The notes: generated from the letters alone by a model not told the origin. Positions 33,898-48,170 are shown, numbered from the stretch's first letter. The stretch is DNA of 64,000 bases from Eledone cirrhosa (GCA_964016885.1 OZ024743.1:110670001-110734000), one strand, 5' to 3'. A program made the numbers and translations.

Positions 33898-34426
33898 GTG
33901 GATACGGCCCTTGCCATTCTGAGTTCAAATCCCGCAGAGGTTAACTTTGCCTTTCATCCTTACGGGGTCGATAAAATAAAGTACCAGTAATGCACTGGAT
34001 AATTGCTGGCCTTGTGCCAAAAGTAGAAACAATTATTGAGTGAGTGGATTTGCCGTATCGGTAGAGGGTCGGACGTCATGCGTTGATGCATAGTTACGGC
34101 CCTTGTCATTCTGAGTACAAATCCCGCTGAAGTTAACTTTGCCTTTCATCCTTACGGGGTCGATAAATTAAAGTACCAGTAACTGGTAATTTGCTGGTCT
34201 TGTGCCAAAAGTAGAAACAATTATTATATTTAAAGTGCACTGGACTGGCAGTATCGGTAGAGGGTCGGACGTCATGCTTTGACGCATAGAGTAACGGCCT
34301 TTGCCATTCTGAGTTCAAATCACGCCAAGGTTAAATTTGCCTTTCATCCTTACGGGGTCGATAAAATAAAGTACCAGTAATGTACTGGTTGTTGCTGGCC
34401 TTGTGCCAACAAGTAGAAACAATTAT
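33898..34426 (+). mobile_element. Three head-to-tail SINE copies (33898-34036, 34044-34224, 34237-34426)
   Basis: Repeated A/B boxes and core ttaactttgcctttcatccttacggggtcgataaa; TSD attattgagtgagtggat flanks the first copy. Confidence 0.92.
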
Positions 34427-34694
34427 TGTGAGTTCGAAAACGACCGAAGTTGTATCCATTCTATTCGACGAGCTACGAATTCATAATTATACACACACAC
34501 ACAAACACACACATACACACACACCCACAACACACACATACACACACACCACACACACATATATATATATCTCCTTTCCATATACTGTACCGATTGTGTT
34601 GTTATTTCTGTTTACCTTTTACATACATACACACATACACACACATATATATATATATGTATATATGTATATATATATATATACATATATATAT

Positions 34695-35635
34695 ATAGAT
34701 AATTTAATATATCTACTAATATAAGCGCACAGATGTACGCCAATGCCAGCAAATACACAGGTTATTTCATAGTAGCTAGGTGGTTCAATGCAGGAGGATG
34801 CAGAACAATAATATAATATGAAAGACGTAAAATAAGAAAATAAAAAAAAAACAAAAAAAACAATTAACTTACTTACTTAAATGTTCACTCCAACTAATTA
34901 GTTTCTGCAATGGGATAAAGACAGTTACGTAATGAACTGTTGAGAATTTCATTGCGTCATCAGGGAGGTCATTCTCAGCCAAGTCTCCAGGCAATGCGCG
35001 GACACTGGGGACTCATATAAAAATTTAAGTAAGTAAGATAATGTTTTTAAAATTTTTTTTTTTTTAATTTCTTATTTTACGTCTTTTATATTATTGTTCT
35101 GCATCCTCCTGCATTGAACCACCTAGGTACTATGACATAACCGGTGTATTTGCTGGCATTGGCGTACATCTGTGCGCTTGTATTAGTAGGTATATTAAAT
35201 TATCTATGTTTATCTCCAAATCACTCATTTGTCGAGCAAACCTGCCAAAACCACTTCTAAATTTTTGGGGGGTGTTAGTAGACGTCTGTCATCTTACCAT
35301 CCCATTCCTACTGACTAGCCTCTGTGTCACGTGCTTGATTCTTTAGAATCGGCCATATGATCAGTGGCAGTGAGGATTTTCAGTACCTGGAATCCAGTCC
35401 CCGATAGCTGTTCCATTTACCGAATTATTATTATTTTTATGAGTCCTCAGTGTCCGCGCATTGCCTGGAGATTTGGCTGAGAATGACCTCCCTGATGACG
35501 CAATGAAATTCTCAACAGTTCATTACGTAGCTGTCTTTATCCCATTGCAGAAACTAATTAGTTGGAGTGAAAATTTAAGTAAGTTAATTTAAAAAAAAAA
35601 AATGTTTTTAATTTTCTTATTTTACGTCTTTTATA
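34695..35635. mobile_element. Complex pLTR rearrangement with two inverted HHR copies (34888-34967 -, 35488-35567 +)
   Basis: Layout A-B-A'-x-B'-a'. HHR ctcc-ctgatga-cgcaatg[37 nt]cattgca-gaaac-taatta-gtt-ggag. Confidence 0.85.
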
Positions 35636-35669
35636 TACATATATATATATATAGTTTTAATATAGATGA

Positions 35670-35718
35670 GATTCTACAGGACTAGAACTGTTTCATTCTT
35701 TAGAAATCATCAGGAATC
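35670..35718 (-). ncRNA. Type I hammerhead ribozyme (inverted pLTR copy)
   Basis: Exact reverse complement of 43702-43750. Confidence 0.9.
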
Positions 35719-36289
35719 TGGGTATCAAAAAATAAATATGGTATTTATAGGTCACTACAAGTGGTAGGAGAAGGTGGGGAGTGGGATGGGTGTAGGTCAT
35801 TGGTTGATAGAAAAGGGAATTCACTAAAAGCTAATTCTACAAAGCTATAGTTTATTTTTATTAATTTTTGTTTTTAGAGTAACAAAGGCAGACAGAATTC
35901 TATAAACAGGTTCCGGATGGCATACCATTCCTTGTCATTAAGTTTCTCTTAAGCTAACAGATGTCTATAAGATCAGTGGGGGGTCAGTCATGGTAGATAG
36001 AATTAAAGGAAAGGGAGATTCTTTAAGAACTAAATTCATTAAGGTTCTACTAAGTGACAAAGGTTTAGAGAATTCTGTAGACAGATGCAAAATACTGAGT
36101 GCATATCTTACAATTAGCTTCGAACTTCTCTTAAACTGATCAACTATATGCCAAAAATCAACAGACACATTCACAAAACACACTCACTCACACACTCGCG
36201 CGCAACCATAGACACACATACACATACACATATACACACAGAAAAACACACACACATATATATAAATATATCTATATATATATATACAT

Positions 36290-36356
<67 letters not shown>

Positions 36357-36481
36357 CACACATACATATACACACACACACACACACATATATACACATA
36401 TATATACACTCACACACATACATACACACAAATTTACATGTGTATACAAATACACATATATACACATACACATATACATAT

Positions 36482-36526
<45 letters not shown>

Positions 36527-36585
36527 CATATATATACACACATATATACATATATATATATACATATACACACACATACACACAA

Positions 36586-36628
<43 letters not shown>

Positions 36629-36733
36629 CATAAACAAATATATACATATACATACAAACACACACACGCACATACATACATATATATATATATAGAGAGA
36701 GAGAGTGAGAGAGATACACCATTCATACATATA

Positions 36734-36807
<74 letters not shown>

Positions 36808-37375
36808 TACACACACACACATACATATATACACAAATACATACACATATATACACACACACACATATATATATATATATACACACATATATATATATAT
36901 ACATATATATATACATACAAATATACATATACACATATATATACACATACACACACACACATTATATATACACATATATACATATACACACACACACACA
37001 CATACATACACACATACACACATACATACATACCTATACAAATATATATACAAACATACATATACACATATATATATATACATATATATATACACATACA
37101 TATACACAGACATATATACACACATATACACATATATACACACGCACACACACACACATACACATGCATATATATAAATATATATATATATATATATCCC
37201 CATATATATACATATATACACATACATACACATACATATACATAAATATACACATATATACAAACATATATACGTATATATACACACATATATACATATA
37301 TATACACGCATACACACATACACACACACACACACACACAAATATATATACACACACTCTCTCTCTCTGACGCAC

Positions 37376-37448
<73 letters not shown>

Positions 37449-37509
37449 CATATATACACACCTGCACACACACATATATATATATACACACGCACACACA
37501 TACACACAT

Positions 37510-37594
<85 letters not shown>

Positions 37595-38123
37595 CATATA
37601 CATATATACATACATACACATACACATACATACACATATATACACATATATACATATATATATATATATACACATATATATACATATATACATACACATA
37701 CATACATAAATATACACACATAAAACACATATACACACATACATATATATATATACATACACATACATATACACACATACACACAGATATATACACATAC
37801 AAAAAAATAAGTACTCAATAAATATACGCATATACGCAGGCACATAAAAACACCTCTACAGGCAGAAAATGTAGATAGGAAAGAGGTACTCACATAACCA
37901 TAGTGGCCGTATTTCAGGTTGAGGAGGGGTGGGGGTAGGGTGGGAAGGAGGTATATGGGCCAATAGGGGGAGGTCGTTTTTAGCCATCGGGCTTTAACAC
38001 TGGCTTAAAGTGTTTGAAAGTTGCAAAGTTCTTGTGCATGCAGTTCGGGCAGTGTTCAGAGAGTTTGTTCAGTAGCGGGCCCTTGGCGAATAAAATTTCG
38101 TAGCTCTCTGAAATACAAAGGTC

Positions 38124-38630
38124 TAACAAATTAAATAAGCCAACCACCTCCGAACACAATCCCCGGACTGGGGCTCTATGTAATTGCCTAAATAAGGAAG
38201 CATGCCCACTTGAAAACAAATGCCTCACAAATGATATCGTATACAAATGCGATGTCATCTCAGGCATCGAGGATTGCAAAAAACCTTACATCGGCATAAC
38301 CTCCAACAACTTTAAGACCCGTTGGTATGCCCATACCCACTCCTTCAGAAAAAAAAACCGGACAAATCAAATCAAACAACACTCACCTCCTACGTTTGGG
38401 ACCTCAAAAGGAACTCCACCCACTTCACGCTTAAATGGAAAATACTCCAGAAAGCGAGCTCTTACAACGGAGGACACAAGGGCTGCGACCTTTGTATTTC
38501 ACAGAGCTACGAAATTTTATTCGCCAAGGGCCCGCTACTGAACAAACTCTCTGAACACTGCCCGAACTGCATGCACAAGAAATTTGCAACTTTCAAACAC
38601 TTTAAGCCAGTGTTAAAGCTCGATGGCTAA
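38124..38630 (+). pseudogene. PLE GIY-YIG endonuclease, copy 1 (frame break in an A-run)
   Basis: CNCLNKEACPLENKCLTNDIVYKC...PYIGITSNNFKTRWYAHTHSF / TTLTSYVWDLK...WKIL...CDLC...LLNKLSE...CMH. Confidence 0.9.
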
Positions 38631-38931
38631 AAACGACCTCCCCCTATTGGCCTCTATACCTCCTTCCCACCCTACCCCCACCCCTCCTCAACCTGAAATA
38701 CGGCCACTATGGTTATGTGCGTACCTCTTTCCTATCTACATTTTCTGCCTGTAGAGGTGTTTTTATGTGCCTGCGTATATGCGTATATTTATTGAGTACT
38801 TATTTTTTTGTATGTGTATATATTTGTGTGTATGTGTGTATATGTATGTGTATGTATATATATATATGTATGTGTGTATATGTGTTTTATGTGTGTATAT
38901 TTATGTATGTATGTGTATGTATATATGTATA

Positions 38932-38972
<41 letters not shown>

Positions 38973-39027
38973 GTGTATATATGTGTATGTATGTGTATGT
39001 GTATGTATGTATATATGTATATGTATG

Positions 39028-39078
<51 letters not shown>

Positions 39079-39135
39079 ATATGTGTGTATGTGTGTGTGT
39101 GTGTATATATATATGTGTGTGTGTGCAGGTGTGTA

Positions 39136-39189
<54 letters not shown>

Positions 39190-39481
39190 CGTGAGAGAGA
39201 GAGAGCGAGTGTGTGTATATATATTTGTGTGTGTGTGTATGTGTGTATGCGTATATATATATGTATATATGTGTGTATATATGCGTATATATGTTTGTAT
39301 ATATGTGTATATTTATGTATATGTCTGTGTATGTATGTGTATATATGTATATATATGGGGATATATATATATATTTATATGTATGCATGTGTATGTGTGT
39401 GTGTGTGCGTGTGTATATATGTGTATATGTGTGTGTGTATATATGTGTATGTATATGTATGTGTATATATATATGTGTATC

Positions 39482-39522
<41 letters not shown>

Positions 39523-39678
39523 GTGTATATGTATGTTTGTATATATATTTGTATATGTATGTATGTATGTATGTGTGTATGTGTGTATGTATGTGTGTGT
39601 GTGTGTAAATGTATATATATGTATATATATTGTGTGTGTGTGTATGTGTATATATATGTGTATATGTATATTTGTATG

Positions 39679-39773
<95 letters not shown>

Positions 39774-39863
39774 ATATATGTGTATGTATTTGTGTATATA
39801 TGTATGTGTGTGTGTGTATGTGTATATATATATATATATATATGAATATATGTATGAATGATG

Positions 39864-39932
<69 letters not shown>

Positions 39933-40110
39933 CCCCATATATATACATATATACACATACATACACATACATATACATAAATATACACATATATACAAAC
40001 ATATATACGTATATATACACACATATATACATATATATACACGCATACACACATACACACACACACACACACACAAATATATATACACACACTCTCTCTC
40101 TCTGACGCAC

Positions 40111-40199
<89 letters not shown>

Positions 40200-40260
40200 C
40201 ATATATACACACCTGCACACACACATATATATATATACACACGCACACACATACACACAT

Positions 40261-40353
<93 letters not shown>

Positions 40354-40882
40354 CATATACATATATACATACATACACATACACATACATACACATATAT
40401 ACACATATATACATATATATATATATATACACATATATATACATATATACATACACATACATACATAAATATACACACATAAAACACATATACACACATA
40501 CATATATATATATACATACACATACATATACACACATACACACAAATATATACACATACAAAAAAATAAGTACTCAATAAATATACGCATATACGCAGGC
40601 ACATAAAAACACCTCTACAGGCAGAAAATGTAGATAGGAAAGAGGTACTCACATAACCATAGTGGCCGTATTTCAGGTTGAGGAGGGGTGGGGGTAGGGT
40701 GGGAAGGAGGTATATGGGCCAATAGGGGGAGGTCGTTTTTAGCCATCGGGCTTTAACACTGGCTTAAAGTGTTTGAAAGTTGCAAAGTTCTTGTGCATGC
40801 AGTTCGGGCAGTGTTCAGAGAGTTTGTTCAGTAGCGGGCCCTTGGCGAATAAAATTTCGTAGCTCTCTGAAATACAAAGGTC

Positions 40883-41391
40883 TAACAAATTAAATAAGCC
40901 AACCACCTCCGAACACAATCCCCGGACTGGGGCTCTATGTAATTGCCTAAATAAGGAAGCATGCCCACTTGAAAACAAATGCCTCACAAATGATATCGTA
41001 TACAAATGCGATGTCATCTCAGGCATCGAGGATTGCAAAAAACCTTACATCGGCATAACCTCCAACAACTTTAAGACCCGTTGGTATGCCCATACCCACT
41101 CCTTCAGAAAAAAAAAAACCGGACAAATCAAATCAAACAACACTCACCTCCTACGTTTGGGACCTCAAAAGGAACTCCACCCACTTCACGCTTAAATGGA
41201 AAATACTCCAGAAAGCGAGCTCTTACAACGGAGGACACAAGGGCTGCGACCTTTGTATTTCACAGAGCTACGAAATTTTATTCGCCAAGGGCCCGCTACT
41301 GAACAAACTCTCTGAACACTGCCCGAACTGCATGCACAAGAAATTTGCAACTTTCAAACACTTTAAGCCAGTGTTAAAGCTCGATGGCTAA
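40883..41391 (+). pseudogene. PLE GIY-YIG endonuclease, copy 2
   Basis: Appears identical to copy 1 apart from a longer A-run near 41108. Confidence 0.9.
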
Positions 41392-41692
41392 AAACGACCT
41401 CCCCCTATTGGCCTCTATACCTCCTTCCCACCCTACCCCCACCCCTCCTCAACCTGAAATACGGCCACTATGGTTATGTGCGTACCTCTTTCCTATCTAC
41501 ATTTTCTGCCTGTAGAGGTGTTTTTATGTGCCTGCGTATATGCGTATATTTATTGAGTACTTATTTTTTTGTATGTGTATATATTTGTGTGTATGTGTGT
41601 ATATGTATGTGTATGTATATATATATATGTATGTGTGTATATGTGTTTTATGTGTGTATATTTATGTATGTATGTGTATGTATATATGTATA

Positions 41693-41733
<41 letters not shown>

Positions 41734-41788
41734 GTGTATATATGTGTATGTATGTGTATGTGTATGTATGTATATATGTATATGTATG

Positions 41789-41843
<55 letters not shown>

Positions 41844-41900
41844 ATATGTGTGTATGTGTGTGTGTGTGTATATATATATGTGTGTGTGTGCAGGTGTGTA

Positions 41901-41956
<56 letters not shown>

Positions 41957-42250
41957 CGTGAGAGAGAGAGAGCGAGTGTGTGTATATATATTTGTGTGTG
42001 TGTGTATGTGTGTATGCGTATATATATATATGTATATATGTGTGTATATATGCGTATATATGTTTGTATATATGTGTATATTTATGTATATGTCTGTGTA
42101 TGTATGTGTATATATGTATATATATGGGGATATATATATATATTTATATGTATGCATGTGTATGTGTGTGTGTGTGCGTGTGTATATATGTGTATATGTG
42201 TGTGTGTATATATGTGTGTGTATATGTATGTGTATATATATATGTGTATC

Positions 42251-42291
<41 letters not shown>

Positions 42292-42447
42292 GTGTATATG
42301 TATGTTTGTATATATATTTGTATATGTATGTATGTATGTATGTGTGTATGTGTGTATGTATGTGTGTGTGTGTGTAAATGTATATATATGTATATATATT
42401 GTGTGTGTGTGTATGTGTATATATATGTGTATATGTATATTTGTATG

Positions 42448-42540
<93 letters not shown>

Positions 42541-42630
42541 ATATATGTGTATGTATTTGTGTATATATGTATGTGTGTGTGTGTATGTGTATATATATAT
42601 ATATATATATGAATATATGTATGAATGATG

Positions 42631-42705
<75 letters not shown>

Positions 42706-42811
42706 TTGGTGCTTTTTCCTTATATATGTGTATATGTGTGTGTGTGTGTGTGCATATATATATATGTATGTATGTGTGTGTGTGTGTGTATGTATATGTA
42801 TATATTTGTTT

Positions 42812-42849
<38 letters not shown>

Positions 42850-42908
42850 TTGTGTGTATGTGTGTGTATATGTATATATATATATGTATATATGTGTGTA
42901 TATATATG

Positions 42909-42948
<40 letters not shown>

Positions 42949-43089
42949 TATGTGTGTATATGTATATGTGTATGTGTATATATGTGTATTTGTATACACA
43001 TGTATATTTGTGTGTATGTATGTATGTGTGTGAATGTATATATATGTGTATATATGTGTGTGTGTGTGTGTGTATATATGTATGTGTGT

Positions 43090-43125
<36 letters not shown>

Positions 43126-43701
43126 ATGTGTATATATATATATATACATATATTTATATATATGTGTGTGTGTTTTTATGTGTGTATATGTGTATGTGTA
43201 TGTGTGTTTATGGTTGCGCGCGAGTGTGTGAGTGAGTGTGTTTTGTGAATGTGTCTGTTGATTTTTGGCATATAGTTGATTAGTTTAAGAGAAGTTCGAA
43301 GATAATTGTAAGATATGCACTCAGTATTTTGAATCTGTCTACAGAATTCTCTAAACCTTTGTCACTTAGTAGAACCTTATTGAATTTAGCTCTTAAAGAA
43401 TCTCCCTTTCCTTGAATTCTATCTACCATGACTGACCCCCCACTGATCTTATAGACATCTGTTAGCTTAAGAGAAATTTAATGACAAGGAATGGTATGCC
43501 ATCCGGAACCTGTTTATAGAATTATGTCTGCCTTTGTTACTATAAAAACAAAAATTAATAAAAAATAAACTATAGCTTTGTAGAATTAGCTTTTAATGAA
43601 TTCCCTTTTCTATCAACCAATGACCTACACCCATCCCACTCCCCACCCTCTCCTACCACTTGTAGGGACCTATAAATACCATATTTATCTTTTGATACCC
43701 A

Positions 43702-43750
43702 GATTCCTGATGATTTCTAAAGAATGAAACAGTTCTAGTCCTGTAGAATC
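43702..43750 (+). ncRNA. Type I hammerhead ribozyme in the 3' pLTR
   Basis: gattc-ctgatga-tttc-taaa-gaat-gaaac-ag-ttctagtc-ct-gta-gaatc. Confidence 0.92.
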
Positions 43751-43833
43751 TCATCTATATTAAAACTTTTATACTCTGCAACGTATTGAGTACCTTACTT
43801 ACTGTGGTTACCTCCGATTCAACCAGGAATAAC

Positions 43834-43872
<39 letters not shown>

Positions 43873-43876
<4 letters not shown>

Positions 43877-46073
43877 TATAGACATAGAATATTCGAAAAT
43901 ATTCTGTATGTTTATAATAAACATTTTGAAGACCTAATCGCTATAGAATAGAATACGTCACGTATTACAATTAGATTCTCGATAAAAGCAAGGGAAGTAA
44001 TCTACGCGTTTCATTCTTGTTAGAATTCATCAGGACTACATATCCAGTGCTTTTATCGAGAATGACACAGCTAGAGACTTATAGAATACTTAGCTGTGTA
44101 CAGGAACTGGTTTGAAAGAGCGGTTGCCGGTCCGGCAGAAATTAGAAATTGGAATAAATGCTCTGAAATAGCGATATATATGTGAATATAGACATAGAAT
44201 ATTCGAAAATATTCTGTATGTTTATAATAAACATTTTGAAGACCTAATCGCTATAGAATAGAATACGTCACGTATTACAATTAGATTCTCGATAAAAGCA
44301 AGGGAAGTAATCTACGCGTTTCATTCTTGTTAGAATTCATCAGGACTACATATCCAGTGCTTTTATCGAGAATGACACAGCTAGAGACTTATAGAATACT
44401 TAGCTGTGTACAGGAACTGGTTTGAAAGAGCGGTTGCCGGTCCGGCAGAAATTAGAAATTGGAATAAATGCTCTGAAATAGCGATATATATGTGAATATA
44501 GACATAGAATATTCGAAAATATTCTGTATGTTTATAATAAACATTTTGAAGACCTAATCGCTATAGAATAGAATACGTCACGTATTACAATTAGATTCTC
44601 GATAAAAGCAAGGGAAGTAATCTACGCGTTTCATTCTTGTTAGAATTCATCAGGACTACATATCCAGTGCTTTTATCGAGAATGACACAGCTAGAGACTT
44701 ATAGAATACTTAGCTGTGTACAGGAACTGGTTTGAAAGAGCGGTTGCCGGTCCGGCAGAAATTAGAAATTGGAATAAATGCTCTGAAATAGCGATATATA
44801 TGTGAATATAGACATAGAATATTCGAAAATATTCTGTATGTTTATAATAAACATTTTGAAGACCTAATCGCTATAGAATAGAATACGTCACGTATTACAA
44901 TTAGATTCTCGATAAAAGCAAGGGAAGTAATCTACGCGTTTCATTCTTGTTAGAATTCATCAGGACTACATATCCAGTGCTTTTATCGAGAATGACACAG
45001 CTAGAGACTTATAGAATACTTAGCTGTGTACAGGAACTGGTTTGAAAGAGCGGTTGCCGGTCCGGCAGAAATTAGAAATTGGAATAAATGCTCTGAAATA
45101 GCGATATATATGTGAATATAGACATAGAATATTCGAAAATATTCTGTATGTTTATAATAAACATTTTGAAGACCTAATCGCTATAGAATAGAATACGTCA
45201 CGTATTACAATTAGATTCTCGATAAAAGCAAGGGAAGTAATCTACGCGTTTCATTCTTGTTAGAATTCATCAGGACTACATATCCAGTGCTTTTATCGAG
45301 AATGACACAGCTAGAGACTTATAGAATACTTAGCTGTGTACAGGAACTGGTTTGAAAGAGCGGTTGCCGGTCCGGCAGAAATTAGAAATTGGAATAAATG
45401 CTCTGAAATAGCGATATATATGTGAATATAGACATAGAATATTCGAAAATATTCTGTATGTTTATAATAAACATTTTGAAGACCTAATCGCTATAGAATA
45501 GAATACGTCACGTATTACAATTAGATTCTCGATAAAAGCAAGGGAAGTAATCTACGCGTTTCATTCTTGTTAGAATTCATCAGGACTACATATCCAGTGC
45601 TTTTATCGAGAATGACACAGCTAGAGACTTATAGTAATACGTGACGTATTCTATTCTATAGCGATTAGGTCTTCAAAATGTTTATTATAAACATACAGAA
45701 TATTTTCGAATATTCTATGTCTATATTCACATATATATCGCTATTTCAGAGCATTTATTCCAATTTCTAATTTCTGCCGGACCGGCAACCGCTCTTTCAA
45801 ACCAGTTCCTGTACACAGCTAAGTATTCTATAAGTCTCTAGCTGTGTCATTCTCGATAAAAGCACTGGATATGTAGTCCTGATGAATTCTAACAAGAATG
45901 AAACGCGTAGATTACTTCCCTTGCTTTTATCGAGAATCTAATTGTAATACGCGACGTATTCTATTCTATAGCGATTAGGTCTTCAAAATGTTTATTATAA
46001 ACATACAGAATATTTTCGAATATTCTATGTCTATATTCACATATATATCGCTATTTCAGAGCATTTATTCCAA
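43873..46073 (-). mobile_element. Retrozyme-like tandem array of 310-bp HHR-containing monomers with a terminal inversion
   Basis: Monomers start at 43873, 44183, 44493, 44803, 45113 and 45423 (last truncated at 45634). ~1.4 inverted monomers at 45635-46073. Non-coding; flanked by (TA)n. Confidence 0.93.
43997..44039 (-). ncRNA. Type I hammerhead ribozyme, one per monomer (also 44307, 44617, 44927, 45237, 45547 on -; 45873-45915 on +)
   Basis: gtagtc-ctgatga-attc-taacaa-gaat-gaaac-gc-gta-gattac; palindromic ACGCGU stem III. Confidence 0.93.
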
Positions 46074-46528
46074 TATATATATATATATATATATATACTT
46101 AGAATGAGTGATGAAAGCGAGAGAAATGGAGAGAGACAAAGCGGAAATGGAAATGTTAGAGAGAATAATGTTTTTCTTCTTTTTTTTTCCTTTTGGCTGA
46201 TATGAAGAGTTAATATATAAATTAAAGATCACTGAGTTCAGATGTAAAATTTACATAAATAGAGCCTCTGGAGAATTTAATGAATTAATCCAGTCCATCA
46301 ACTTCTACAAGCTTTCACGTTTCCTGTCTGTAATACAAGCAGGTTTCTTTTTTAGCCGATCCTATCAAATGATGACATTTCGTGACATACTAAAAATAGT
46401 ATGAAAAAGAAAGAGAGAAAAGCTCCGAACTCAGTAAAAACACATATTCGTACGCCATTCAATATAATACAAAGCAAACAATAAAGCTGAAACGATGCAG
46501 TAACATTTAATAGCTTCATATATATATG

Positions 46529-46611
<83 letters not shown>

Positions 46612-46658
46612 GTGTGTGTTTGTGTGTGTGTGTGTATATATATGGAGAGAGAGATGGA

Positions 46659-46706
<48 letters not shown>

Positions 46707-46885
46707 GACGGAGGATGAGAGTGAAAGAATGAAAGAGGAAAAACACACAGATAGATCGACAGAAATTTAAATAAATACACAGATTCGATAGCATATAGGA
46801 ATAGTAAATTGATACGTGCGCACATACATACAGAATAAATTGATACGTTACACACATACATATAGAGTAACTCACACACACACAC

Positions 46886-46937
<52 letters not shown>

Positions 46938-47779
46938 TAGGACAGCAAGAGGAGACAGATAAAGAGAGGAGGAAAAACTGATGAGTATATGATTGAAAAG
47001 CTGTAAGATAATATCAAATAAGAAAAAAAATGTTTTAAATTAAATTTTTTGTGGATTCTATCTTATGATACCATTGCAATTTAGTTAAAAGATAACACAT
47101 TATACCATATAGCTCCATTCGCAATTAACTAATGAATATTTGTGTTTTTGTTATTTTGTTTTTTCATGGGGTTTTAATCCCTCTTCTTTCTATAAGTGAT
47201 TATATGCGGCGCTTTTTTCTTTTCAAAATTTAGCTTTAATTTTTATTTCATGTATATTTTTATTTGTAAAATATTGTGTTTCTTCGCTTTCAATTACAAT
47301 TTTGTTTTTCACAGTGTTGATCGTTTTATATAATGGACTGCCGCTTAATTTGTTTTACAATGAATAGAATTTCATTTAATAACACATACAATCATCATCT
47401 AAATATACGTATATCTATGTACGATATCCGATAACAATTATATTTTCTTTGTGTATATAAAATAATATGATTATTCGATTAAATATTACAAGTTATTTAT
47501 ATATATTTCATGTAGATGTAGCAAGCAGTACGGTACCCATTTTCTTTTCAATTGGTAACGTTCTAATGCATGTTTTAATTCACTCATATTCGTTGCTTCG
47601 TTGACACTATATTGTTAAACGTATTTTTCCTTTCTGTGTACATATTCAGTGTACATATTCAGTGTACATATTTTAATCTATATGATGCTTATTTTTATGT
47701 GCATAGATTGCTTTCCAGCTTTAACATCTTAATGCATTGAACTATCTATGCTTTCTTCGATTTAGCCGACCTAGTTGTA

Positions 47780-48071
47780 ATATAATAAAAGCCAAGTGTA
47801 TTTGTCCATCACAAACTACGGATGAGTGACGAAGGGTGGGGTGATTACGTTGATTCAGGAAGGAAGGGTGATGGCGGTGACTGAGGAAGGAGGGGGTGAA
47901 AATGATAGAAGCCCAGCGTTCTAAGATACGTCGCAGTTGTGTGTTTCTGTGTGTGTATCATGTGTGTGAGTAAGCGCAAAGAAACGAACGAACAAACTTA
48001 TTTTTATATAATGTATAGATATTACAATTAGCCGTCAGTTGTGACGCCACGAGGCCAGCTATTACACACAT

Positions 48072-48170
<99 letters not shown>

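Larger units (their letters stand above)
35653..43835 (+). mobile_element. 5'-truncated PLE with a 2.47-kb inverted arm and an internal ~2.76-kb tandem duplication
   Basis: 35653-38123 is the reverse complement of the 3' part (ending at 43767). GIY-YIG appears twice (38124, 40883). HHRs at both ends; unpaired tail 43768-43835. Confidence 0.92.

Noticed and set aside
33666-34426. tRNA genes suggested by A/B boxes
   Set aside because: No cloverleaf; these are SINE heads.
35653-43767. Large palindrome as a sequencing fold-back chimera
   Set aside because: The arms differ by many substitutions and repeat lengths and follow the same arm-plus-tail layout as the small elements, so the inversion is probably real.
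43873-45634. 310-bp array as a CRISPR array or rDNA/snRNA cluster
   Set aside because: Units are fully identical with no unique spacers, there are no cas genes, and I see no rRNA, 5S or snRNA motifs.
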